Both the position numbers and the translations under genes were made by a program. Under the pieces are notes generated by a model. That model ran no database searches and was not told where the DNA came from. It saw nothing but the letters and a program-made list of their open reading frames with translations. DNA of 64,000 nucleotides from a candidate division WWE3 bacterium RIFCSPHIGHO2_01_FULL_40_23 (lineage in GTDB: Bacteria; Patescibacteriota; WWE3; UBA101185; 2-01-FULL-41-18), in NCBI GenBank assembly GCA_001772615.1, contig MEUZ01000003.1, positions 182,422-246,421 of the forward strand. Reading direction: 5' to 3'. Shown piece after piece: positions 1 to 9,147 of this stretch. The first letter of the stretch is position 1; the number at the start of each line of letters is the position of its first letter.

Positions 1-44
1 CAAAACTATATCTGAACTTTGAAGCCAAGGAAGTTTATTTAGTA

Positions 45-251
45 ATGAACCCGAAGGAAAAAACTTCCAAAGTCAAGGTATATGTTGATGATAAACTTCA
101 ATACTTCGGCGAGGACAACAAAGAGGGTGTAGTGACCGTTGAAGGCGATAGGTTGTATAAGCTTATCAAACTGCCTGCTCCCGGCAGGCACATCCTAAAG
201 CTTGAATTTGAGGACAACAACACAGAGGTTTACGCCTTCACCTTCGGTTAA
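45..251 (+). CDS. hypothetical small protein (68 aa)
   Basis: Intact ORF upstream of acpS-like gene; no recognisable motif. Confidence 0.3.
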   Translation: MNPKEKTSKVKVYVDDKLQYFGEDNKEGVVTVEGDRLYKLIKLPAPGRHILKLEFEDNNTEVYAFTFG

Positions 252-317
252 CACAAAAATTATTTGCTATTCAGTGCCTTTCGGGTTTAAAAAGAAAATA
301 ACAGGTATAATCGGCGC

Positions 318-650
318 ATGAAGGTTGGGCTGGATATCCAAAACTTAAAAAAATTTAAAAAAAGCGTTGAAAGAAGCGGACAGGCATTTCTCCACAAGAT
401 TTTCACAAAAAAAGAATTATCTACCAACAATACAGATAATCTCAAGCATCTTTGCGGGATTTTCTGCGCCAAGGAAGCTTTAATAAAAACAGGGATTATT
501 GGCATTGGGGACTGGCTGGAAGTTGAAATTTTAAAAGACGCAAAAGGAAAACCGTTAGTTTATAAAAGCGGCCATAAAGAAGAAAAGATAGTTATATCCA
601 TCTCCCACAGTGAAGATATATGTGCTGCAGTTGTTATAATTAATAAATGA
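318..650 (+). CDS. acpS: holo-[acyl-carrier-protein] synthase / 4'-phosphopantetheinyl transferase (AcpS-type)
   Basis: About 110 aa. The N-terminal MKVGLDIQNL resembles the AcpS IGxDIxEI start. Internal FCAKEALIKTG resembles the AcpS FAAKEAxxKAxG motif. The C-terminal ISISHSEDICAAVV resembles the AcpS SxSHxxxxAxAxV motif. Confidence 0.7.
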   Translation: MKVGLDIQNLKKFKKSVERSGQAFLHKIFTKKELSTNNTDNLKHLCGIFCAKEALIKTGIIGIGDWLEVEILKDAKGKPLVYKSGHKEEKIVISISHSEDICAAVVIINK

Positions 651-656
651 AAGATT

Positions 657-3182
657 ATGACGCACTCAAGCTTTATTGATCTACTTAATTATGTAGGTAA
701 TAAATACTCTAACTCTACAACGCTTGAAATCAGAAGAAAAATCATAAAAGAAAGGATTTTTTACAAAGACCTTAAATCCCTTGTGTTTAAAACAATCGCA
801 TTCTTTAAAAAAGAAGAAACCCATGAAAAAGATAAAATTATCTTCTGGGGACTTAACTGCCCTGAATATGCCTTAGCTTTACTTTCATGCTTTACATCAA
901 ATAGAACGGCTATACCAATTGATTATAGAAACACTGAAGAAACAATCAAAAAAATCATAGGCCAGACTAGCCCAAAGGTAGCGTTTGTATCCAGATACAT
1001 TAAACATGACTTTCTCCATCCTCTTGTAGATAAGATATTTATAATTGAGGATCTAACGGAGTGCATACAACCTCTTAGTCAAGCTAAAGAAAAAGCCTCC
1101 TATCGCAACCCTGAAAACATATCTGAAATAGTTTACACCTCGGGGACAACAGGGGAGCCAAAAGGAGTTACCCTTCTCCAAAAAAACCTTCTTTCTAATA
1201 CAGCTGCCTTAACTAAAGCAATACCTAAACTTCCACATTACAAAACCATCTCAATACTGCCTTTAAGTCACATGTATGAGCAGATCGTAGGATTTTTATC
1301 TATGCTAAACGTTGGGAGCCATATTATCTATCTCCCAAGAATCAACAGCTTTAGAATTCTTAAAGAAGCAACTCTTCAGAATCCAACTCACCTTTTATTC
1401 GTGCCTCAACTTTTTTCTATATTTGAAGAAAAGTTAAAACAAAAAGTGACGGAAAGCGGGGAATTAGAAAAGTTTGAACTTACAATCAGAATTGCAAAGT
1501 TTTTGCCGATGGTTCTGAGAAAGTTAATCTTTAGAAGAATACATCAAATTTTTGGAAAGGACTTCAGATTTTTTGGATCGGGAGGTGCCCCACTATCACT
1601 TAAAACAACGCTCTTTTGGAACAGTATAGGATTTACAATTCTTGAAGGCTACGGTGCTACAGAAGTAGGCGCCGTTGCTACAATAAATACCCCCGAACAG
1701 ATAAAGTACGGCTCTGTCGGTAAAGAAATAGAAGGGGTAAAAGTCTTCTTTGACGAGGATTCACAGATAATCATTGACAGTAATTCAACAGCCTTAGGCT
1801 ATTTCAAAAACTTGGAAAAAACCAAAACGGTATTTAACGGGTCCCAATATAAAACAGGGGATATCGGCTTTAAAGATAAAGACGGATTCTTACACATCAA
1901 AGGCAGAGACGATTTTAAAATAGTCCTCCCTAGCGGAGAAAAAGTGTTCAGCGAGGATTTAGAGGAAAAAATTAAAGCCAATAAAAGTATATCTGATGCC
2001 TGTGTTCTGGAATCAGGTGGCAGTATCTTTGCTTATGTTACTCTGACAAACTCAAAAGGGGGTGACAACCTGGAAGATATTTTTAACGAAATAAATAAAA
2101 ATCTAGAATCAAAACAGCAGGTAAGATTTTTTAAGAAATGGCCGCAGGAAGACTTTCCAAGAACCTTCACACTTAAAATAGACAGAAAAAAAGTTATTGA
2201 GTTTCACAAAAACGCTAACGATAAATCTATACTTAAAACAGACAGCAAAACTTTCAAAACTGCTTTAAGTGTAAAAGATATCATCTCAAATATCTCAAAC
2301 AAACCCGTGAGAAGTCTTAAGGGATCTGATGTTCTATCAGGGAACCTAAAACTGGACTCGCTGGAAAGAGTTGAGATTGTTTCCCAACTTGAAGAATATC
2401 TAGGAGTAGCTATAAACGAGGGCGATATTACTGCCGAAACAACGGTTAAAGACCTTGAAGATCTCGTAGAAAAATCCACTGGAGCAAAAAGCGACACTCT
2501 ACTATCTACCTGGCAATTTTCAAGGTTGGGAGAATTTTTACATTTAATTTCAAACAAACTTGTTATCTTTCCACTTCACAAACTAATTATAAAAATCAAA
2601 TATAGCCCTCAAAAAGAAGCTCAAAAAATAAAAACAGGGTCAGTAATTATTACAAACCACCCGGGCACCGCCGATATACTTTGCACACATAGAATCCTTT
2701 CTGACATGGGCATAAACAAAACAGTAACATTAGCAACAGCTTCAGCGTGGGAAAAAAAATCAAAATTTCGTTATTTTTTTGAACTATCTATTGGCGCATT
2801 GCCTACATATGAAACAGGCCAGAAATTTATAGATGTGTTAAAAGTATGCTCCGATCTTTTAGATAGAGGTTATGTTCTGATTATCGCCCCGCAGGGGAGG
2901 GCCCAAAGAAGGGGTATTGAAGATCCTTTTCTCCCAGGTATAGGCTTTATTTTAAAGGAGTTGAAAAAGCCGTTTTATATCGTAAAGATTAAGGGCTACA
3001 GAGAAATATGGCCGGCCCCTAAAAAAAACTTTCTTGAGGCCAAGATCTCGGATTATATTACTCCAAAAAAGGGGGGGACTGTGGAAGTTATTACCTCAAA
3101 AGAGTTTTTTTATGAAACTTTTGAAGGTTTAAACAATGCGGAAACAGTCAAAAACATTGAAAGAACATATAAAGACCTTTAA
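657..3182 (+). CDS. tridomain fusion: fatty acyl-AMP ligase (AMP-binding), acyl-carrier (phosphopantetheine-binding) domain, and PlsC-type lysophospholipid acyltransferase; Aas-like but with reversed domain order and an embedded carrier domain
   Basis: AMP-binding core motifs YTSGTTGEPKGV, GYGATE, YKTGDIG and GRDDFKIVLPSGEKV. A carrier-domain motif LKLDSLERVEIVSQLEEYLG supplies the DSL serine. An acyltransferase HX4D motif lies in ITNHPGTADIL, with an IAPQGRAQRRG motif resembling the PlsC FPEGTRS motif. Confidence 0.75.
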   Translation: MTHSSFIDLLNYVGNKYSNSTTLEIRRKIIKERIFYKDLKSLVFKTIAFFKKEETHEKDKIIFWGLNCPEYALALLSCFTSNRTAIPIDYRNTEETIKKIIGQTSPKVAFVSRYIKHDFLHPLVDKIFIIEDLTECIQPLSQAKEKASYRNPENISEIVYTSGTTGEPKGVTLLQKNLLSNTAALTKAIPKLPHYKTISILPLSHMYEQIVGFLSMLNVGSHIIYLPRINSFRILKEATLQNPTHLLFVPQLFSIFEEKLKQKVTESGELEKFELTIRIAKFLPMVLRKLIFRRIHQIFGKDFRFFGSGGAPLSLKTTLFWNSIGFTILEGYGATEVGAVATINTPEQIKYGSVGKEIEGVKVFFDEDSQIIIDSNSTALGYFKNLEKTKTVFNGSQYKTGDIGFKDKDGFLHIKGRDDFKIVLPSGEKVFSEDLEEKIKANKSISDACVLESGGSIFAYVTLTNSKGGDNLEDIFNEINKNLESKQQVRFFKKWPQEDFPRTFTLKIDRKKVIEFHKNANDKSILKTDSKTFKTALSVKDIISNISNKPVRSLKGSDVLSGNLKLDSLERVEIVSQLEEYLGVAINEGDITAETTVKDLEDLVEKSTGAKSDTLLSTWQFSRLGEFLHLISNKLVIFPLHKLIIKIKYSPQKEAQKIKTGSVIITNHPGTADILCTHRILSDMGINKTVTLATASAWEKKSKFRYFFELSIGALPTYETGQKFIDVLKVCSDLLDRGYVLIIAPQGRAQRRGIEDPFLPGIGFILKELKKPFYIVKIKGYREIWPAPKKNFLEAKISDYITPKKGGTVEVITSKEFFYETFEGLNNAETVKNIERTYKDL

Positions 3183-4168
3183 TCCCTACCCACCTCCAAT
3201 AACTCATTTGACTCTGTCAGCTCAAAAACTTCCGCTATTTTATCTAAAATACCGGGGCACATTCGTGAAATATCCTCTTTAGTCGGTTTCACCATGGGAT
3301 TATGGTCATGACTGTCAAGTGTCACCTTCAATACGCTACCGCTAGGAAAAATCTTTCCGTATGTATCAAGGAGCATATCCGTATTCATAATGTTATCTTC
3401 CACATCATAAGCAAGTATTGATCTTAAATCCAAAACCGGATCGCTTGAGGAGTCAAAAGTAAAAACCGAAAGAAGTGAATAATAATATGTTTCGGGGTCG
3501 CAAAGCCGTGCATTTCCAAGCCTATATTTAACCGCATCCTCTCCTCTTTGATCTTTAGGAAGCCTAAGCTTTAGGAAACTTTTAATTATCATGTCATTAG
3601 CAAGGATGGAACGGATGAATGAACCCCTTAAAACAGGGGTATTTGTAAACTTAAACAATCCCTTGAGCAAACTTTTGCCTTTGATCCTCAAGCACTTCTG
3701 CGATAATAGAGGCTCAAGAAGTACAAGGCCGTTTAATACACCCGGCCGAAGTGCAGATAATCTAAGAAAGTAGGACCCTCCAAGGCTCACACCAAGGGCG
3801 TAAAATCTCTCATGACCAAGCCCATTCATAAAATCAGCAAACACCATCGCTACGTTATCAACACTAAACTTGTCTCCAAGGCTTTGAGACAATCCATATC
3901 CAGGAGCATCCACATTAAACACATGAAATCTATCTGAAAGAAACTCCGCGATACTCTCCACGTATTCATGGTTTCCATGAAGCCCATGAGAAATAAGAAG
4001 AGGCGGGTTTTTAAAAGAGCCTTTCTCCGTAAAGTGTATCTTTAGACCCCCAGAGTCCGAAAATCCATCATGCATAAAAATAAGTATAATAAAACCGTGA
4101 CAAAAAATGAATTTGAAGATTTTATAAAACAAACAAAAGCGAAAAAAGGTGTGGTGTGTTTTGCTCAT
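3179..4168 (-). CDS. alpha/beta-fold hydrolase (esterase/lipase/lysophospholipase-like); real start probably the internal Met near 4075 (MHDGFSD...)
   Basis: LLISHGLHGNHEY oxyanion-region motif and GVSLGGSY nucleophile elbow (GxSxG). The first 31 residues of the ORF are low-complexity and overlap the next gene. Confidence 0.6.
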   Translation of the reverse strand: MSKTHHTFFRFCLFYKIFKFIFCHGFIILIFMHDGFSDSGGLKIHFTEKGSFKNPPLLISHGLHGNHEYVESIAEFLSDRFHVFNVDAPGYGLSQSLGDKFSVDNVAMVFADFMNGLGHERFYALGVSLGGSYFLRLSALRPGVLNGLVLLEPLLSQKCLRIKGKSLLKGLFKFTNTPVLRGSFIRSILANDMIIKSFLKLRLPKDQRGEDAVKYRLGNARLCDPETYYYSLLSVFTFDSSSDPVLDLRSILAYDVEDNIMNTDMLLDTYGKIFPSGSVLKVTLDSHDHNPMVKPTKEDISRMCPGILDKIAEVFELTESNELLEVGRD

Positions 4169-4924
4169 CGCGGTGTTTCAAGCCTGGCGCCTGGATGCAG
4201 TATTAAAGCTATTTCGTTGGGTTTTGAAACGCCCGAAGTTGATGGAATAGAATTTGACGTCCAAAAGACGTCCGATGGAAAACTTGTTGTTCACCATAAC
4301 TTTGCTCTGCGTTTGGGAGAACAAGAGGCATGGTTAAGGGATCTGTCTTTATCTCAAATTAGAAAGCACTTCCCACCTTCACAACTTCCAGAGCTTGAGG
4401 ATGTTTTAATCCTGTTTAAAAACAAAGACAAAATAGCTGATGTTGAAATAAAAGGGTTTGGCATAGCAAAAGAGATAATGGATCTATCCAAAAACTTAGG
4501 AGTTTATAAAAGTTGTGTTTTTACTTCCATCTATGATTCCATCAATGAGGAAATTAAAGAGTATGATCCTAATGCCGCAAGAATTTTCGGCTATCCTCAT
4601 GACAGAGGTAAAAACCTTGCGATGAAAAAATGGGCACAGCCGCTTGTTAAACTAGCCGTTGTATACTTAAGATATAGCCTTCCTCATAAACTTCCACTGA
4701 TCTTAAAGTCTTCCGGCACGCCCTTTATAAGCTTGTATCATAAGCTAATTACTAAAGACGCCGTAAGTTTAATACATAAAGACGGCGGGTACTGCATTGG
4801 AGCCACAATCAACCTGCAAAATGACACTTTAAATAGAGAGTCCCTAAACTCCATGAAACACATGAAAGATTGCGGTGTTGATGTCATCAAAACAGACTAC
4901 CCGCAGTTAATAAGTGGGATCTAA
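4070..4924 (+). CDS. glycerophosphodiester phosphodiesterase family protein (GDPD); start uncertain, a GTG near 4148 is plausible
   Basis: N-terminal CFAHRGVSSLAPG...IEFDVQKTSDGKLVVHHN matches the GDPD HRG/E-D/HHD catalytic signature. Confidence 0.65.
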   Translation: MHKNKYNKTVTKNEFEDFIKQTKAKKGVVCFAHRGVSSLAPGCSIKAISLGFETPEVDGIEFDVQKTSDGKLVVHHNFALRLGEQEAWLRDLSLSQIRKHFPPSQLPELEDVLILFKNKDKIADVEIKGFGIAKEIMDLSKNLGVYKSCVFTSIYDSINEEIKEYDPNAARIFGYPHDRGKNLAMKKWAQPLVKLAVVYLRYSLPHKLPLILKSSGTPFISLYHKLITKDAVSLIHKDGGYCIGATINLQNDTLNRESLNSMKHMKDCGVDVIKTDYPQLISGI

Positions 4925-4948
4925 GTGCAACCATAAACAGCTAAAAAA

Positions 4949-6535
4949 CTACTTTCTCACTAGGTATATTTTGTACCGATCTCTTCGTACAATAGAGTTT
5001 CCAGGCAGATCCACTGCATCATAAACGCTATACGGACTATTAATCTTTATGTATAGATCCGGTTTATGAGTGTTATATGAAATGTCATTACTTCCATACT
5101 TCAAGTAAAAATCAGAGATGCTTGGCTTCTCATTTGTATCATAAGTTTTGATGTCATTTATCAGCTTTAATTTATCAACTTCCGCCCTGATTTCTTTCCA
5201 GCCTCTTTTATACGTAAGCCCAAATACACCTCTTGTCATTTCTTTTCGTGCAACGCCTTCATACATTTTTCCAAAAACGTATGTTTTTTTCTTCCATGGA
5301 TATTCCCGATCTGTATCTATAAACGCAAAATAGTTAAAAGATGCAGATGAGATAATAAGAACACTCAAAACGGATGCAGCAGGAAGCGGAAACTCTCTAA
5401 AAAACTTATAAAACTCGGTTGAAATAATAATAAACAAAGGAATTAAAAAATTATAGATGTGAGTGAGGGGAAATTTAATAAAAACAAAGTAAGTAAAAAA
5501 TGATGTTAAAAGCCATATTTCCATTAAATTCTCCGATTTTAAGCCTTTTAACTTATACAAATCGTATAAGTAAAGAATAATAAATAAGGCCCAGGTAAAA
5601 ACCGAAAGGTTATAAACATAACTTTTATTAACATATGCTCTTGCCACAGTCAGTGCTAAAGCCAACGCAAAAAGTACAGTTCTCTTAACATCCAGTTTTT
5701 TACTAAATGTATTTATCCAAAGTAAAGAACCCATAACCATTATGACCAGAAATTCTTTTGAGTGATACAAAGAAAAGATAGATAAAGAAATAGATAGGGA
5801 ATTTTTGGTGTCACTGAATACTCTTTCAAACAGTAGAAAATTTAAAGTTTTGGAAAAGGCAGGGTGAAGAAAGAAACGAATGTAAAAGAGCATTGAAGTT
5901 ATAAAAACTGTGGAAATGTAAACAAATAAAGATTTTAACTTTCTTGCAATTAAAAGGCTGACAGTAGTTGGGATAATAAACGCAAGAGCATCGTAATGAA
6001 AAAGAAGTGCTGCCCCTGATACAAGACCGTTTAGTATGGGTATCTTTACGCTACTCTTGTTTTCACTTAACTGATTGCAAGTAAGTAGGATAGAAAGGCA
6101 CCCTAAAGCAAGAACAAAAGGCGGAAACTGCAAATACCTTGACATTGCAATAAGAAGTCCTGAAAGAGATATAAAGATCAGGGAAATAAGTGCCGATTTT
6201 TCTCCATAGACTCTTCTTGCCAGTAAGAATGCCACAATAACAAACACAATACCTATTACCGCATATGGAAACCTGTGTATAAGCTCAATATTGTTTAAGT
6301 TATTTACAAAAAAATTTACAAGATAAGTTACAACAAACTGTCCAGGGCCCTTCTTCTGCTCCACTAAAAAGTCAAAAAAGCTTTTTTTAGTAAACAAAAA
6401 CCCGAGGACATCTACTTCATCGCTCACGAATTCAGAATATCCAAGCTTAACAAATCTAAAAAATATGGCCGTCAAGAAGGCTAATCCAAAAAAAAGACCA
6501 TAGAACACTTTGTTCCATTTAATAACAGTTGCCAT
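4949..6535 (-). CDS. polytopic membrane glycosyltransferase of the GT-C fold (ArnT/PMT, GT39/GT83-like)
   Basis: More than 10 predicted TM helices. An acidic DE-containing first loop (FVSDEVDVLGF) follows TM1. A C-terminal soluble domain of about 150 aa is present. Confidence 0.45.
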   Translation of the reverse strand: MATVIKWNKVFYGLFFGLAFLTAIFFRFVKLGYSEFVSDEVDVLGFLFTKKSFFDFLVEQKKGPGQFVVTYLVNFFVNNLNNIELIHRFPYAVIGIVFVIVAFLLARRVYGEKSALISLIFISLSGLLIAMSRYLQFPPFVLALGCLSILLTCNQLSENKSSVKIPILNGLVSGAALLFHYDALAFIIPTTVSLLIARKLKSLFVYISTVFITSMLFYIRFFLHPAFSKTLNFLLFERVFSDTKNSLSISLSIFSLYHSKEFLVIMVMGSLLWINTFSKKLDVKRTVLFALALALTVARAYVNKSYVYNLSVFTWALFIILYLYDLYKLKGLKSENLMEIWLLTSFFTYFVFIKFPLTHIYNFLIPLFIIISTEFYKFFREFPLPAASVLSVLIISSASFNYFAFIDTDREYPWKKKTYVFGKMYEGVARKEMTRGVFGLTYKRGWKEIRAEVDKLKLINDIKTYDTNEKPSISDFYLKYGSNDISYNTHKPDLYIKINSPYSVYDAVDLPGNSIVRRDRYKIYLVRK

Positions 6536-6607
6536 AAAATTATTTATTTCACACTTTCCTCTTCTTATATTACAACAACTAGAACTAAAAATTGCTTAAA
6601 ATATAAC

Positions 6608-7681
6608 ATGCCTTTTAACAGACAACTCCTGCTACTACTGCTAGTCCTTCTAATTGCTATATCAGCCTTAATTTTATATAACAAGAATTCAAATACGGGT
6701 TCGCCCCTCCAAATTTCTAACACCACTCTTAACGGAGGGGTAGATGAAGAGGAGGAACCTCACCCCCTTACAATTGAGTATCTAAGAAACTTGGAAACTC
6801 CTGGAAGCGACATAGTAATAGAGCAAACGCTAAGTCCCGGATCAAATTATGAAAGGTATATAGTTTCATATAAATCCGAGGGACTAAAGATCTATGCCTT
6901 AATGACGGTTCCAAAAACCGAAAAACCTGAAAAAGGCTTCCCTGTTGTCGTGTTTAACCACGGATATATTCAACCGTCTCAATATAGAACAGCCGAAAGA
7001 TATATAGCCTACACCGACACTTTTTCAAGAAACGGTTATATAGTTCTTAAATCTGATTATAGAGGCCACGGAAGCTCGGAAGGAACTCCAAGAGGGGGGT
7101 ATGGCTACCCGGATTACGTAATTGATATTCTTAACGCGGTGGAGTCAATAAGAAAATACCCTTCAGCCGACCCGGACAAAATAGGCATGTGGGGACATTC
7201 TATGGGGGGCTTTATTACCATAAGGTCAATGGTTGCAAGAGACACTATAAAAGCGGGAGTGATATGGGCGGGTGTGAGTGGATCTTATGAAGAGTTACTT
7301 TATAACTGGAGGAGAAGGGCTACTTCCACATCCGGCTCCCCTACTCCGACTCTTTCAACAAGAGGGGGAAGCTGGAGAAATGAACTGGTGCAAAAATACA
7401 AAACTCCAGAGGAAAACCCTGAATTCTGGAATAGTATCTCCGCTAATTTTTATGTTAATGATATATCAGGACCCTTACAGCTCCACCACGGAACTGCTGA
7501 CACATCCGTCCCTTTAAGGTTTTCACAAAAACTTGAAGAGGACTTAAAGAAAGTTAATAAAGAGGTGGAGCTTCACACTTATACCGGTGATGACCATAAC
7601 CTATCCGCTAATCTTTTCACTGCATTAGACAGATCAGTTAAATTCTTTGACAAGTATCTGAAGGAGAATAAAGTGGAATAA
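6608..7681 (+). CDS. secreted or membrane-anchored alpha/beta hydrolase (S9 peptidase / dienelactone hydrolase-like esterase)
   Basis: N-terminal hydrophobic segment; VVVFNHGY and GMWGHSMGG (GxSxG) motifs; LQLHHGTADTSVP and a downstream His consistent with the catalytic triad. Confidence 0.55.
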   Translation: MPFNRQLLLLLLVLLIAISALILYNKNSNTGSPLQISNTTLNGGVDEEEEPHPLTIEYLRNLETPGSDIVIEQTLSPGSNYERYIVSYKSEGLKIYALMTVPKTEKPEKGFPVVVFNHGYIQPSQYRTAERYIAYTDTFSRNGYIVLKSDYRGHGSSEGTPRGGYGYPDYVIDILNAVESIRKYPSADPDKIGMWGHSMGGFITIRSMVARDTIKAGVIWAGVSGSYEELLYNWRRRATSTSGSPTPTLSTRGGSWRNELVQKYKTPEENPEFWNSISANFYVNDISGPLQLHHGTADTSVPLRFSQKLEEDLKKVNKEVELHTYTGDDHNLSANLFTALDRSVKFFDKYLKENKVE

Positions 7682-7701
7682 AACTATGCTATATTCCACA
7701 T

Positions 7702-8685
7702 ATGAAGATAAAATTATCAAAACTTGAATCCCTCACCAAAAAAGCTTTAAAAAAATATGGCTACACTACAAAAGAAGTTAAAATTATAAAAGATGTTTTG
7801 TTATATGCCCAGCTTAGAGGAAACAATCAGGGGGTAGTCAAACTTATTGGTAAAGGCATACCAAAAAGAGAGGCGGCCCAAGCACCTGTCATCGTTAACC
7901 AAACACGTGTTTCCGCTCTTGTTGACGGAAATAAAACACACGCAATGGTTGTTATGAACTTACTAACCGATTTAGCTTTAAAAAAAGCTAAAAGAGCTGG
8001 TGTTGGCGTAACCGGAAGCTTTAATACCGAGGAGTCAACCGGCGCGCTTGGATACTACGTTAATAAGATAGCTAAAGAAGGCTTAATAGGGATTGCGTTT
8101 TCATCTTCTCCTTTTCAAACAACCGCACCTTATGGTTCAAATGAAGCCCGGTTCTGCACAAATCCTATTGCCTATGGGATTCCTACAAAGGCCGATCCAA
8201 TAATTTTTGATATGACCACTTCGGCAATGGCATACTACGGGCTTATTGAAGCTAAAACTGCGGGTAGAAATGTGCCAGAAGGAATAGGTTATGACTCACA
8301 GGGCTACCCTACAACCAACCCTGCAGAAATAATGAACGGTGCATTAAAAACAATCGCAGGACATAAAGGTTCAGGCCTTGCTTTGGTTGTACAAATTCTG
8401 GCAGGCGCGTTTGTGGGTGCAGATTCATTCGACAATAATAGTGATAATTCGGGAAATTTAGTTATGGGTATTGACCCTAATATTTTTGTCTCAACGGAAG
8501 AGTTTAAAGATAGAGTTTCAAGCATTATTTCCAAAGTAAAATCCGCAAGAAAACTAAATACCGTAAATGAAATCCTTGTTCCGGGAGAAAGAGGAAATAG
8601 ATTAACTAAACAGAGGCTTGAATCAAACGAGATAGAAATAGAGGAAAACCTCTTTCGGGAATTGGAAAAGGTAGCAAAGGGGTAA
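7702..8685 (+). CDS. Ldh_2 family (malate / L-lactate / sulfolactate) dehydrogenase
   Basis: Family-typical N-terminus (KLxxLxxKALKKYGYTxKEV...LRGNNQGV) and the GHKGSGLAL motif. Confidence 0.6.
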   Translation: MKIKLSKLESLTKKALKKYGYTTKEVKIIKDVLLYAQLRGNNQGVVKLIGKGIPKREAAQAPVIVNQTRVSALVDGNKTHAMVVMNLLTDLALKKAKRAGVGVTGSFNTEESTGALGYYVNKIAKEGLIGIAFSSSPFQTTAPYGSNEARFCTNPIAYGIPTKADPIIFDMTTSAMAYYGLIEAKTAGRNVPEGIGYDSQGYPTTNPAEIMNGALKTIAGHKGSGLALVVQILAGAFVGADSFDNNSDNSGNLVMGIDPNIFVSTEEFKDRVSSIISKVKSARKLNTVNEILVPGERGNRLTKQRLESNEIEIEENLFRELEKVAKG

Positions 8686-8715
8686 GACAAGGTTTCTATC
8701 CTACCCCTATAGTAG

Positions 8716-9147
8716 CTATAGATCATAGATGATGGGAATTTCCAGTTTTCTTAAGGTCCCTTTAATTCGGTTAACCTCATAGTCAGGGAGATACCCAAGG
8801 CCAATGATAAGAACTATCATATCTGTTCGGCCCAGGGTCCTGTCAGACAGAGCACCAAAAGTAGAACTTTCAGGAAGGCCCATTTGCGCGCACAAAGCTG
8901 AAACAATCTTCTCAAGGCCCTCTGATGAATCTCTAATCCGATAACCGATCAGCTGGGTTTTAGGGTTGGAACCAAAGTAAACTCTCACCTTTCGCATCCA
9001 TTCAGACTGGCCAGGAAGTGGTTCCAACTCAAGCAAGAGAGCAAAAGCTTCCCCCAAGTACGTACTGACCGACAATCTTTGACTGCCTAGGTCAATGTCC
9101 ATCTTTCTCACCTTTCTTGTAGAGATGCCACAGATTCTAGCATACAT
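8716..9147 (-). CDS. hypothetical protein of atypical, Arg/Gly-rich composition in a locally GC-rich segment; possible mobile-element remnant with a weak IS256/Mutator-like N-terminal motif (YARICGISTRKV)
   Basis: GC content is visibly higher than the flanks. Amino-acid composition is unlike neighbouring Lys/Ile/Glu-rich proteins. The motif resembles the YARGMSTRDI motif of IS256 transposases, but the rest does not align by eye. Confidence 0.25.
   Translation of the reverse strand: MYARICGISTRKVRKMDIDLGSQRLSVSTYLGEAFALLLELEPLPGQSEWMRKVRVYFGSNPKTQLIGYRIRDSSEGLEKIVSALCAQMGLPESSTFGALSDRTLGRTDMIVLIIGLGYLPDYEVNRIKGTLRKLEIPIIYDL

Noticed and set aside
1799-2557. Minus-strand ORFs (1799-1981, 2204-2557) inside the tridomain gene, and many similar 60-120 aa antisense ORFs throughout (e.g. 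7278-7517, 11353-13236, 15308-15661, 29341-29706, 30702-31136, 48346-48624, 53273-53467, 56908-57468, 58598-59039, 62326-62854)
   Set aside because: Each is fully embedded in or antisense to a longer ORF with clear protein-family motifs, and they have low-complexity or biased translations. Treated as non-coding shadows.
3179-4168. Apparent 99-nt head-to-head overlap between the alpha/beta hydrolase and GDPD genes
   Set aside because: Most likely an artefact of the longest-ORF convention. The hydrolase probably starts at the internal Met (about 4075) and the GDPD at a downstream GTG, leaving a short divergent promoter region rather than a true overlap.
8716-9147. Calling the GC-rich ORF a definite IS256 transposase pseudogene
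   Set aside because: Only a 10-residue N-terminal motif resembles IS256. The remainder could not be aligned by eye and no inverted repeats or DDE motif were found. Reported as low-confidence.
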